This document shows, one piece after another, positions 49,824-62,448 of a stretch of DNA of 64,000 nucleotides (position 1 is the first letter of the stretch; each line of letters opens with the position of its first letter). The position numbers were made by a program, and so were the translations under genes. The DNA is from Octopus vulgaris. Its lineage: Eukaryota. A model generated the notes under the pieces. That model was given only the letters and a program-made list of their open reading frames with translations, was not told the DNA's origin and searched no databases. The DNA is taken from the NCBI GenBank assembly GCA_951406725.2, contig OX597830.1:58838001-58902000 (forward strand), given 5' to 3'.

Positions 49824-50042
49824 TATTTCTTTATTGCCCACAAGGGGCTAAACATAGAGGGGACAAACAAGGACAGACAAAGAAATAAAGTCGATTACAT
49901 CTACCCCAGTGAGTAACTGGTACTTAATTTATCGACCCCGAAAGGATGAAAGGCAAAGTCAACCTTGGCGGAATTTGAACTCAGAACGTAGCGGCAGACG
50001 AAATACGGCTACGCATTTCGCCCGGCGCGCTAAAGCTTCTGC
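49824..50042 (-). mobile_element. SINE S1 copy
   Basis: 15-bp TSD CGCAGCGTAAAAAGA at 49809-49823 and 50043-50057. Confidence 0.88.
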
Positions 50043-50653
50043 CGCAGCGTAAAAAGAGACCAAGGCACCAAGACACCACCAAAGCAACGATTTTTGGCAA
50101 GAGTTTGTGAAGAAGCACGACCTGTTTTTCCTATAAAACTGTCCAGCACTGGGTCACGTGGAATTAGTGTACTTTGCGTCAGTAAGACGTTTTTTTTTAT
50201 ATATATTATCCAAACCAACATAAAACAGATTCTCGCTAAGGTGTGGGTTAGTATACTGTGGATAGAGTGAGGAAAAATATACAGAAATATGCAGGGTCAC
50301 ATTCCAGTACTTAGGTTTGTGCTGCAGTAATGACTCAGAGAAACACAAGGATGACATTTGAAAGTTTTTCCAGTGACGTTAATCCCTGCACAATTTTCAC
50401 TTTTTGTTTCGTAGCACAAAATGGGCAAATTGTGAGTGAGAAGGTAAAAGGGAACCGTAAGAAGGAACGAAGAGTTTGTGTTTAAAAGTACGGATGAGTT
50501 TGGCCTTGCACGGTTCTGAAATGTCATTTCAGAATTGTGCCCTATTGATGACCCTGACCAAAAGTAGTAAGAATAGTGATCCATTGCAGAATAGTGATCC
50601 ATTGCAGGTAATTAGTTGGGCTTTGCGTGGATATATGCACACCTATCTATCTT

Positions 50654-50710
<57 letters not shown>

Positions 50711-50725
50711 ATATCTATCTATCTA

Positions 50726-50766
<41 letters not shown>

Positions 50767-50813
50767 TGTATGTGTGTGTTTGTACCTACATATGTGTAAA
50801 GGTGTGTGTGTGC

Positions 50814-50869
<56 letters not shown>

Positions 50870-50873
<4 letters not shown>

Positions 50874-51220
50874 TGGTTGTCTACTCCTTATGCTGAGTTT
50901 GACTACCTCCTGTACTTACACCTTAGAACCATCATGGCATCTGATATAGCTTTTTAAACCAGACAATGTTCTGAAAAGACATCCACATAGACTGCACATC
51001 CATTTTGGACCACTAAGAGCAGCAGATAAGTTTTGAACTTTGTGAATCTTAAAATGCCTTTTGAGGCCTCTTTTAGATTTGCAGACCTGGCATACATTGC
51101 ACTGAAAGGTGTTCACAGACATATAGACAGAATAGTAGGTGGAGGTTGGTTTTCCATGGGTTCGCAAATGAGATTTGAGCCCAACTAAAGAAAGGTATTG
51201 TCTGTCAGAAACTGTGCCCA
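50870..51220 (-). mobile_element. Probable RTE-clade LINE 3' end encoding three C2H2-like fingers
   Basis: GLKSHLRTH, CNVCQVCKSKRGLKRHFKIH and CSLCGCLFRTLSGLKSYIRCH, then a stop and a short tail into (TA)n. No TGEKP linkers. Confidence 0.55.
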
Positions 51221-51429
51221 CGTATATATAATCTCTGTGTGTATGTAGACACGCACGCACACACGCACACACACACACACACACATATACAAAATATGGA
51301 AGTTTATTTTACAGGTGATTTAAATGACTAGGTTCGCTAGGTAAGTACTGTAACGGATTATTAGGGCTCCAAGATTATAGCCGAAACGGTAGTTATGAAG
51401 CCATTGCAGACTTCCGATATAGCAGATAT

Positions 51430-53050
51430 TTAATTGTTAAAGAGGACAACAAACGTTAAGGCAAAGCAAACATTTCGAGTCATATACGTTATTATTATTG
51501 GAAAAAAATATTTTGAAGTCTTACAAATTGAAAGATATCCTAGAGTATGGGATATTCCGTCATCGGAGACAAATAGAGAAAATGAGAAGGGTGCAGATTA
51601 ATGAAATGACTACATAGAGGACAAGAGTAAAGGAATAAAGAGATGAAGAAAGAGAAGAAAAAAGAAGCATAAAAATTCACAGTTCAACTTTCCGATCTTG
51701 TAGAAATAAGTCCATAAGTCTTTAGGTGCAATCCTGCGTAAATCGATGCGGGTTAAAGTCCTGATAGTGTAAATATCCAGAAAAAAGACGCGAACATATC
51801 AACGTTCAATAACCGAATGGTAGCGGAGGTGGTTATTAAGTGGTAAAAAGAAAGAAAAGTAAATAAATAGGAAGAGAGGTAGATAGATTGAGGGGCGGAG
51901 TTAAGGATTGGCTTTAAGGATAAAGTAAGGTATATAAAATTATGGTATTCTTCCTGTCTATAGGGGTTGGGGAGGAAATCTAGTAGTAAATGATTGTGTC
52001 CGTTCTGGCTAAGGTCAGTGGCTGTAGAGTTATTTTTAGTAATGGGGTTATGGGTGTGTAGGTAGTCATGAATGGAGAAACTAGTTAAATTAAATTATTT
52101 AAGGGTAGGAGTTAGAATTAAATATTAGGGGATTATTAGGTCATGGTTTAAAAATAAATTAAAGAGTTAATATTTGTCTTATAAAGTGATGGGGTAAGGT
52201 TGATCGAAGAGATATAGAGGGGTATATGTTAACATTCATCGAGGTTTGTATGTGGGTGTTATTCATGGGGGGAGGGGTGAATACACATTCAGATTTGTGA
52301 AAGAATTTAAAAGTACGGAAGAGTTTGTTTCCTCGTTGTGAAGCTTCATTGTGATTATTAAGCAATTGTGGTGAATTATGGGTTAAAATTTTCAGGGCTT
52401 CTTTTAAGCAGGAAATCTTCGATAACTACGCCATTTACTACAACCAAGCTCTAGTTGCTAGTGGCTTCTCCCAAATTAGATTTATACCCAACACTAGACT
52501 TAAGGAACACCTCTCGAAACTTAGCTCTAGACAATCGAACACAAATATTGGAAATTCAATCCCTCCTACTACGATCAGTAAATCTCGCCCGCCTAACACC
52601 CACATGCATAACACTCGGCCTATGAACACTAATACTTATACTAAACCTTTCAACTGTTCTCTAACATTCACTAGGAATTGCACCTCCCCAAACTTTCCTA
52701 ATAAAAACGACGAGAGATCTATTCTCTGGTATACACCTCCATTTGCTTTAAATGTTGAGGGCCTCGCTAAGCATTCTTTAAAATAGTAGAATCTAATTTC
52801 CCACGTAACCACAAGTACCATTCTATCTTTAACAGATCCACTTTGAAATTATCCTTATTCATCTACTTCAAATATAGAATCTACTATCACCTCATCTCAC
52901 AAACGTAAACTTAGCTCTTACTATCTAAATGCATACGACCCTACCGTAGACCTACACAATGAAAACATTAACACCGATCGCAGTACTCAGAAACAGCTGT
53001 AAGACTTTGAATTGCTTTGCCTTAACGTTTGTTGTCCTCTTTAACAATTA
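51430..53050. mobile_element. Penelope-like remnant with an inverted terminal repeat
   Basis: Plus strand: QEIFDNYAIYYNQALVASGF, ILWYTPPFALNV, NFPRNHKYHSIFNRSTLKLS. Minus strand 52398-51430: ORF end plus 3' UTR. 51430-51481 is inverted relative to 53003-53050. HHR remnants at 51518-51570 (-) and GAAACAGCTGTAAGAC near 52990. Confidence 0.7.
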
Positions 53051-53193
53051 TATACATACACACATACATACATACATACATACATACATACATACATACA
53101 TACATACATACATACATACATACATACATACATACATACATACATACATACATACATACATACATACATACATACATACATACATACATACAC

Positions 53194-53462
53194 GAATAAG
53201 TACATAAATGTGAAACAAGGTGTAAAACAAATAGTACTCAAATACCGGAGGTAGAGTAATATGCTTTAATATTAAAGCTGCAAGAATATCACAAACATAT
53301 AAAAAAAAAACTGCTACTCAGAGTTTCACGTACTCGTTCGTCGGACACTTGTGATCAAGAATGGATCCATTCTTGACAACACCTGCCCGACGAACGAGAA
53401 CCTGAAACCCTGCGTAGCAGTTTAAAAAAAAATTTTTATGATGTTTTGCAGCTTTAATAAAA
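53194..53462. mobile_element. Foldback with a degenerate hammerhead in each arm (family H3)
   Basis: Central palindrome TCAAGAATGGATCCATTCTTGA (53355-53376). HHR motifs at 53311-53348 (-) and 53383-53420 (+). Confidence 0.75.
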
Positions 53463-53469
53463 AATATAT

Positions 53470-53534
<65 letters not shown>

Positions 53535-54649
53535 CCTCACTATAGAACAAATAGTTCGGAATATAAATAAAATCAACCAAATGACAATAAAATAAAATGA
53601 AAGAACATCAAAATTGTGTTATAACATAGTAAACCGGTGTGACTTGAGGACAGAGAGTGTTTCCTGGACCAACACAGTGAGAAAGTGTTAACGAAGACTT
53701 TTGGGTGCACAATGTTCCTATACGAGTAATGGCAGGTGAGAAAAGAGGAGGGATGCTCCTACTCTGCCAAAGCCAACGGTTACTCACCCGGATGTGATCG
53801 GATAACCTAAGCGTGTTTTATCTCGTACAAGGATGCCCGAGGCATCAATAATGGTGGCAAATGTTTTATTAAACTTTGAGATAATTACAATAATTTGTAT
53901 GCATGAATATTCGATTTTTCCATTTGGAGGTAATGTTGAAAAATGTAAATGATGAAAGCTGCAAACGAGAGAAAGAGGAGAACAACAGAAAATGCCAAAA
54001 TAACTGGAAAATAATAAAATTTTATTTATCACTCCCCAAGTTTGATTTCTTCTAATATATACAATTTTTTGTAGTCAATAATTCACTTGTTATTCTATTT
54101 TATGTTATTTTATACAATACACATTTAATCTAATACCACAAATATAGTACAAGTGTATGTATTCAAAATACTAAAGTATATGCGTATTTACACACTGATC
54201 TTACAAACAGACTGCATCCATTTTCCAAAGGTTTTCAAGGAACACCAGGTTTAGTTTATGCAAAAGCAGTGCATTTACAACGTATTTGACACATTCTGCG
54301 CAAAGGTACATAATAAGCATTATTTTTCCCATTCACTGCGAGATTTCTGGAAGAACAGTTTTTCTTGTATAGACATGAAGGAGCAGCAACACACGTCGGT
54401 CTTCTGAATTTTCAATCGTGTAATTTCAAGTTGTTTCTACTTTTCGTTGTTTAAAATAAGAAATACACAAAGGAACCGCACCGGCAGAAAGACACCCAAA
54501 CACATCAACAAAACACAGCTACTCCAAACTGATGAGGTACACGAAACAAATACTGAAATACTTTATTGCATAAAAAGGAAAAGTTTCAAAAGAAGGAAGA
54601 GGTTTTCGGGGCCAGCGCTTTTAAAGTACCACACAATTTGGGAATAATA

Positions 54650-55600
54650 GAAGCTGGATTTGGAGACATTAAAAACAATGAAAGATAGTTGGATGCATGT
54701 CTGGTACTAGGCGTGGGCAGTAGCACAGGGTGTGTCTCAAAACCTGTAGCTGTTTACGCCCTAATATGGGTGGGGCAACCTGGTTTCATCGGGCGTTTTG
54801 AAAGTATTCCTTGGAGATTCCCGCTTTTTAGTGTTAGCGAGCGATTGGAATGCCATCTTGGATTGTGCGGGGCTATATGATAGGAGAAGGGTGAGCAAAA
54901 ACTTCGCAGAACTGTTCAGATGTTTCCAACTGTTTGACAGGTACCGACTCGATTTCCTAAATGTACCAATGTGGACAGGGATAAACAGCATCGGTTCAAA
55001 AATAGACAATAGATAAAGGTAGCAAAGGGTGTCTACAATTTAAAATCGTTGGCTACACAGACCACAAATTTGTGAACGGTACTACTGATCTAAATAGTCT
55101 TCGTAGGCAGGGCCTCCGTTACTAAAGCTGAATGTGTCATGATGCACCGAGCTCATCGAAACCGAATTAACGAATTTGTTAAGTGGGCAGGGTGGAGGCA
55201 ATCACCAGAAGGTAGTTCACGCTAAAAAAGTTGATTAAAGTAGAATTGATAAAACTTAGGATAAAGCGATGAAGGAAGTTCGAATCACTGGAAACCTAGC
55301 TACACGTTCAGAAAAAGCGTTTAGGCGGGTATCGCAACTGACATGTTTAGTAGTGATATTGGCCCTTGATCAATTCTTTCACGTGAAGCACGAAGGTTGC
55401 ATAGCCAGAGCTAGGACGCAAACACTAAAACAGGAGGAGATGAAAGTCAGTCGACAGGATCTAGTGGCAGACGTGCAAAGTAACAACAAAGCCACAATTC
55501 TGTCTTTGGTGGACTGCAATTGGTGCATGCGATTCCAAGCAAGTGTATGCGGCTTCTCAGAAACACTTTGCTCGACTGTTCGTGATGAGTGGCAGCCAGG
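54650..55600 (+). mobile_element. Decayed Tx1/L1-like LINE endonuclease region
   Basis: VAVYA, LVLASDWNAILD, LFDRYRLDFLNVPMWT, GYTDHKFV. Confidence 0.65.
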
Positions 55601-55937
55601 AAGGCTGGATGGATATCAACTGGGGTCGATGCAAACGACGTACACCTCCTCCGAAAATTGTTGGCCAAAATTTGAAACAATTATTATAGTTGAGGTCGAC
55701 TTCAAGAAGGAGCTGAACTCCCAACTACGTCACACAAATATATGTCTGTCTGTCTGCCTGTCTATCTATTTAACTACATATCTAGCTATATATTGATAAT
55801 AAGGAGAATGAAGAGTTTGAGGATTTACGTTTATTTCCAGCAGACTTTCTCACCTTCCCGAGCGTCAAACTAATACACCTGCTTGCTGCTTATACACTTG
55901 TCTTCATCTTTTGTTTCTCTGTATATTTCAACTAGAC

Positions 55938-55984
<47 letters not shown>

Positions 55985-55989
55985 AATGG

Positions 55990-56800
55990 GTAATGGTGTG
56001 TGGTGTGCGTGTGTGATTGGGGTTACTCTAACTCCTCTCACACCGTACAACCGATTTTAATGATTTTTGGCACATAGGTAGATCACATGCCCTGAAGTTC
56101 AAATAAAGCCGGAAGTTTTCGAAAATTCGATAATGCTCAGTTGGCATCGATTTTTGTGATCTCAATCGGGCGTTTGAATGGAAATTCCCATAACGATGTT
56201 ATTTTTCCTACAACTTTTGCATTTTTTGTTCGATTTTGATGAAAATCGATGAGTGAGCGAGGCTCACGGCAGTGAGTTGATGTCAGTATATGGCATTGAC
56301 AAAAAAATCGATAGTTGCGCCTGAGCAGTGGTTTTATAAAATCAATAGGCTTTTTGCGTGAAAATACCCATAGGGATTTTATTTTTGGTCGTAACTTTTA
56401 TACTTTTTTAACCGATTTTAATGAAATTTGAGAAGTAGTTGGGGAGACGGTAATGGTGTTTATTTAATTCAAAAGGGCCTTAAAAGGGCACGTGATTACA
56501 GTTCATGTCCCTGAAGAGTTGATAAAAAATCGATAATTGCGCGTGAGCGGGGATTTTAAGAAATCAATAGGCGTTTTTATGCAGTTACCTATAGTATTAA
56601 TATTTTATGCTGTAACTTTCACAGAATTCATCCAATTTTGATGAAAATTGACATTTAGGTAAAGTTTATGGTAGGAGTCGTGTAGAAAAATTAAAATTAA
56701 ACTGGTGAAAGGCAGAAATCGGCAAAATTCATTCAATAAAATAATGAACTGATTTTGAAAAAAATTGACCGATGAGTAAAATTAAGCTCTTCGACATATG
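55990..56800 (+). mobile_element. Non-autonomous element with degenerate ~170-240 bp internal repeats, DINE-1/HINE (Helentron)-like
   Basis: The motif TAACTTT..N..CCGATTTT(A/G)ATGAAA recurs near 56030-56065, 56210-56245, 56390-56430 and 56612-56650. Confidence 0.45.
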
Positions 56801-57319
56801 AAACATCGATTATTCATATAATGTATTGATATTTAAAAGTCAATTGGATGTTTTCATGTAGATAGTCACATGGATTCTATCTTATGACATAACCTTAACA
56901 CTTTTCTCCGGATTATGCTGAGATTGGACACGCTGATCAATTTTGTACAGAGGGTAGCATTAAGGGGAGAGAAATAAACAAATATCGGTCTCAACGGTCG
57001 AAGTACGCCCAAAAGTTTGACCGCGATTTCAGACAGTCCAGTATGTCGGAGCATATCGAAAGCATTAACCGGGGAAAATCCCTGTCAAACCGGATATAAC
57101 ATCTTAATGGGTAATAGTTGAGACGGGAAACGTAGAAGATTTCGACACAAGGTCAGAGGTGGGCTTAACTTCAGCACAGAAAACATGAGTAACACTTAAG
57201 GATTACTTAAAACAGTTCTTGAAGTGCAAAGGTGATTTAAAAAAACAATAAAAAAAAAACTTCATGAAAACTGTTATGAGGATGTTACTAACCTTTTTTG
57301 GGAAGAAGTTATACACACA

Positions 57320-57357
<38 letters not shown>

Positions 57358-57364
57358 TACATAT

Positions 57365-57910
57365 ATGAATGTTGGGTGCTGGTCCTTATAGACTTTAGAT
57401 ACAGAGGTCTTAAGGGGAGCCGACGTTCTGAGCACTGAGACGATGGCGCACAAGTACCATTTGATTTGAACTGAACACCTCACCTTGTTCGGATGAATAT
57501 CTGTAGGATCTCTGAACAGATGCTATATGGTGAACCTGTTTGTGGTAAGTGATCCCAGCAGAAACCAAGATTACAATTTAAGGACTGTGTAAAGTCCTCG
57601 TTTAAGGTATGTGAAATATAGAAGGGCAAGTGGGAAAGCAATGCTTGTCATCACCACAAATGGAGGAAACAAGAGAAAGAAGGTATTTTCGAAAAACACC
57701 TACATTTTCCATGCAGAATTTATGCGAGTTGCTCCAAAACGCATCAGTAAGGTAGAGAATGGAAGAAGCTTGGTTTGCAATATCTGTGGGTGTGTATGTC
57801 TATCAAGAGCTGGGTTCATTAATCTCCAGCGGAACCACGAGGGTAAAGTATTAATGTTCCTAATGGTCAGTGATGGTGTTCATCGATCACAAGTGGACAC
57901 ATATCATATA
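57365..57910 (+). mobile_element. RTE-clade LINE 3' fragment
   Basis: DTEVLRGADVLSTE...HLVRM...QMLYGE...KPRLQFKDCVK...W, and terminal CNICGCVCLSRAGFINLQRNH. Confidence 0.8.
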
Positions 57911-58344
57911 TGTATGTAGCTGCCTAGTAGTGAGTATCTACGTGCACGTTTGTGTATTTTACACATGAATTCCATAATTTCGGTCTGATGCCATTTACTT
58001 TTTATAAAGCTTTAATAACTGTTTACAGATTCGTTCATAGTAACAATTAAACAAGAAACTTTAGCGCTGATCGCTGTTACGACTTGTTGTTCATAGGTCT
58101 TGATGATTCCGTGTAACAAACTCCCAAGCTTTCGTACATATTATTATTTGTATGAAATTATATGTAATATGTGTTCAGTATTGTGGATGAAACATTTGTG
58201 GCTCAATTTCAAAGACAAAAGAAAGTTTCCCTATATAACGAAGTTAGTGCAACCTAGTAATGAGTTTCTTTATGTTTTCTCGCGCAATGTTATCTATAAA
58301 ACTAAGCAGATTACTACTTCAGCAACCATCTTGTATGTCATATT

Positions 58345-58532
58345 CTTTTATTCATTTATCTGTTTAAGTCATTTGACTACGGCCATACTGGAGCACCGTT
58401 TTTAGTCGAAAAAATCGACCCCAGGACTTATTCTTTGTAAGCCTAGCTCTTATTCTAGCAGACTCCATTGCCGAACGTAAACACACCAGCATCGCTTGTC
58501 AAGCGATGGTGTCAGACACACATACGGGCACG

Positions 58533-58574
<42 letters not shown>

Positions 58575-58813
58575 AACAGATAGATAAACAGACACACACA
58601 CACACACATACACAGACAGACACACACACACACACACACAGCCACACATATATATACAACGGTTTACTTTCAGCTTCCGTTTACCAAATCCATTCACAAG
58701 GCTTCGGACGACCTGAGGCTAAAGCAGAAGACACTTGCCCAAGGTGCTACGCAGTGGGACTGAACCCGGAACCATGGGATTGCTAAGCAAACTACTTTCC
58801 ACTCCTGCGCCTA
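58345..58813 (-). mobile_element. SINE S2 copy
   Basis: Homologous to 47474-47915. Confidence 0.8.
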
Positions 58814-59287
58814 AGGAAGGAAATACATAAAACATATTTATTGAAGGTTTGTTTGTATTTTTTCTATGTCAATAATGCATACAAAGCACGAAAACAGCTA
58901 ATAATTCCTGAACATCCGAAGTTGTCCCAGAGCTGTCCAGTACTTGGGTTGCTACATAACTCTTGGCAATCGGTTTCATTACAATTACAGCATTACCATT
59001 GCAGCTGACCCGTAAACCCCTTCAACGGTCATTAAACTACAACTCTGCCGTTGCTACTGAAGCCGTTTTGTATTGTAGTAAAAAGATAAACGAATACCCT
59101 TTGAAAAGGATTTCTGGAAAACCAAGACTGATTAACAAAGAAACCCTGGGGCAGTCAAATGCTATGATAACTACACAAGGGAAGCAATTAACGGTCGCTC
59201 GACCTTTTAGAAATAACAGCTAAATTCCCTCAAGTTACTTCTTATTATCTTAAAAGTGAATGGACACATCTAATTCACGCGTATATT

Positions 59288-60010
59288 CTTTTCTACTCTA
59301 GACACAAGGCCCGAAATTTTGGGGGAGGGTGCCAGAAGATTAGATCGATCTCAGTACGTAACTGGTACTTAATTTATCGACTCCGAAAGGATGAAAGGCA
59401 AATTCGACCTCGGCGGAATTTGAACTCAGAACGAGATACCTGTTTCTTTATTATCCACAAGGGGCTAAACATAGAGGGGGAAAACAAGGACAGACAAACG
59501 GATTAAGACGATTACATCGACCCCAGTGCGTAACTGGTACTTAATTTATCGACCCAGAAGGATGAAAGGCAAATTCGACCTCGGCGGAATTTGAACTCAG
59601 AACGAGATACCTGTTTCTTTATTATCCACAAGGGGCTAAACATAGAGGGGGAAAACAAGGACAGACAAACGGATTAAGACGATTACATCGACCCCAGTGC
59701 GTAACTGGTACTTAATTTATCGACCCAGAAGGATGAAAGGCAAAGTCGACCTCGGCGGAATTTGAACTCAGAACGAGATACCTGTTTCTTTATTATCCAC
59801 AAGGGGCTAAACATAGAGGGGGAAAACAAGGACAGACAAACGGATTAAGACGATTACATCGACCCCAGTGCGTAACTGGTACTTAATTTATCGACCCAGA
59901 AGGATGAAAGGCAAAGTCGACCTCGGCGGAATTTGAACTCAGAACGTAACGGCAGACGAAATACGACTACGCATTTCGCCCGGCGTGCTAACGATTCTGC
60001 CAGCTGGCCG
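59288..60010 (-). mobile_element. SINE S1 with about four tandem 171-bp body units
   Basis: ACGAGATACC at 59431, 59602 and 59773. One head near 60005 and one tail near 59290. Confidence 0.92.
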
Positions 60011-60335
60011 GCTTCCATGGCGTATGTTGACAGAGGTTGGATTATGTTTGACGGTAGGTCTGCTGGATTAAGGCTGAAACGGAAGATTAACAACAACCAC
60101 AACAACTGTTATGATACTTGACAATAAATTTAAATAACGCTGTATATTAATCCTAATTAAGTCAGAAAATGTATGAATGCTCGGAGAGTTTGTTGACTTT
60201 GAATCGCCAAGACCCGTCAACAGCGAATCATATGAGCGATTAGCACCAATCCCTGTTAATGGATTGTCACTGTCAATGGTTTATGAAAGACAAAATTGCA
60301 CCTCACCAAAATGACGGAATTCATAACTACTATAA

Positions 60336-60376
<41 letters not shown>

Positions 60377-60471
60377 TTAGCAAAAAATTAGATTCAGATG
60401 AATATGTTACTTAAGTTGCACCAGAAATTTAGTACGGTATTATCCATGCAATTTCAAAATGAGGTGATTAA

Positions 60472-60604
60472 AATCAAAATAAGCAACAAGGATATCCAGA
60501 GGTAATGCAGTACGATCGTTTCACGCGACTCCATTTAATTGAACAATGTTGCGTGAAACGATCGTACTGCATTACCTCTGGATATCCTTGTTGCTTATTT
60601 TGAT

Positions 60605-60605
<1 letters not shown>
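60472..60605. repeat. Perfect 55-bp inverted repeat containing the 3' half of a hammerhead
   Basis: 60472-60526 pairs with 60551-60605. Each arm contains GAAA-CGATCG-TA-CTGC. Confidence 0.85.
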
Positions 60606-60671
<66 letters not shown>

Positions 60672-62448
60672 CTATCTAAACTGTTCTCTCTCTGTTTCTT
60701 TCTCTCCCCCCTTCTCTCTAAATACGTATATAAAACAGCACTTGACAATTGTCGTAGCTGAAACATGGCGTACATTTGTCAAAAGGTGGGAAAGTTTAAT
60801 TAACAAAAACGTTATTCTATCGTTGGAAGAAATGAAAAGTAGGGAACTGTCAAAAATGGGAGAAATGGTAGGACGTCAGACTAAATAATTTAAAATGAAA
60901 TAGTTGTTAATACGAGCAATAGGGCGAGCAGGTTAAAACTAATGAATTATTTTGATGATACGGACAGTGAGGAGAGGGGAATAGTGTTGAACAACGAGCA
61001 GAATAAAGAAAGGCGACAACGCCAACTTTAAAACAAAATCCATAAACAATTATTGTGTATCAGAGTTCCAATTTATTAAAACTGGAAATAGGTAAAATGC
61101 GGTGAAAGGAAGTATAGTCTGGTCGTTGTCAAAAACGGTGACAATTCCAGGCAAGCGTCTTATTAAGGCCTTTTGCCGCCAACAACTGTCATTTACGAGT
61201 CTGTTAGATCAACAGAAAGCAATGGCACACTACAATTACAATTAACTTCCGCCTTTCTTATAAAACTATATTAATGATAAACAAAATGAATGGTTGATAA
61301 CTAAACAATATTGCAAGCTATTATAGGAATCACTAGAGCATAAACCATTAATTTATACTTTGTTTGGTTGTGATCAATGAACCGGAAGATGCATTGGTGA
61401 TCAATATGGCATAAATACATGAAGGCATTTCAAAATATTATGCGATTTATTTGTTATTCCAAAGAATAATTTCACAGTTTTTGTTCCTTGATATTGAAGG
61501 ATGTGATAATTGGGTGAAATCAGCTGGTTAATGTTTGGTTTGTATTGTGTTTTGAATGCTTTGAGGAAAGGCAGCGGCAGTGTAAATGCTAGGAAGAATC
61601 AGTTTGCATGGCAAAAGTGGGTCTATGACCAGCGAGGGAAAAATAACTTCCTGATGATTTTTTTTTCTTTTTTACCCCGGAAGAAAAGACTATAAAACGA
61701 CCGACTGTATTTTCTTGGATATTTTTGCCGTTGAACATAAAAGGATATCTAACGAACCATAAAAACTGTTGTTTCATATTAAATAATTAGACGATGAACT
61801 CTCTCCAGCTAATAAAAAACTAATTGAAAAGACAAGATTGTTCAAAGAGAAATGCAATGAACTACATTCACTCGGTCATTGTTCCCATTCTTATTAATAA
61901 TTATTTGATATAATTAATGTCTTGATATACTGTCATCTTCGATGGTTTGGCAGAATCGTTAGAGTGTCGAACAAAATGTCTTGCGGTATTTAATTACAGT
62001 CCTTTAGGTTGTGAGTTCAAATTCCGAAGGTATCAACTTTGTTTACCACCCTTCCGAGTTTGTTAAAAATAAATACTAGCCAGAAACTGAGATCGATATA
62101 ATCGATCATACCCAAACCTTGCACCCATATATGAAGACTTGAGCATACAAGAAATCAATATTTGGTACATTTAAAAACGCAAGGTTACAGGAATCGTCGA
62201 ACATAGAGTGAAATTCTTTAGAGTATCTGAGTTCATACGAGGATGTTCCCTTCCGTACTTTTGATTTTTAAACTAAATACCAGTAATGTCTTCGAGTATA
62301 CTATGTAAAACAGACTCAATACAATGAAAGAGACTAGTCTGTGCCACAAAACATAATTAAACAAGATTTAAAAAAAATATTCCATTAAATTATTCGTTTC
62401 TTTCCTCAGTATTTTTCGTCAGTTATATTTCTTTTGAACAAAAATAAT

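Noticed and set aside
50570-50607. 18-bp tandem duplication AGAATAGTGATCCATTGC
   Set aside because: Ordinary slippage duplication with no further structure.
59288-60010. Regularly spaced repeats as a CRISPR array
   Set aside because: The units are contiguous 171-bp copies with no unique spacers, there are no cas genes, and the context is a eukaryotic SINE.
60780-61250. Possible Penelope RT remnant on the minus strand
   Set aside because: Only scattered residues match. Not supportable without an alignment.
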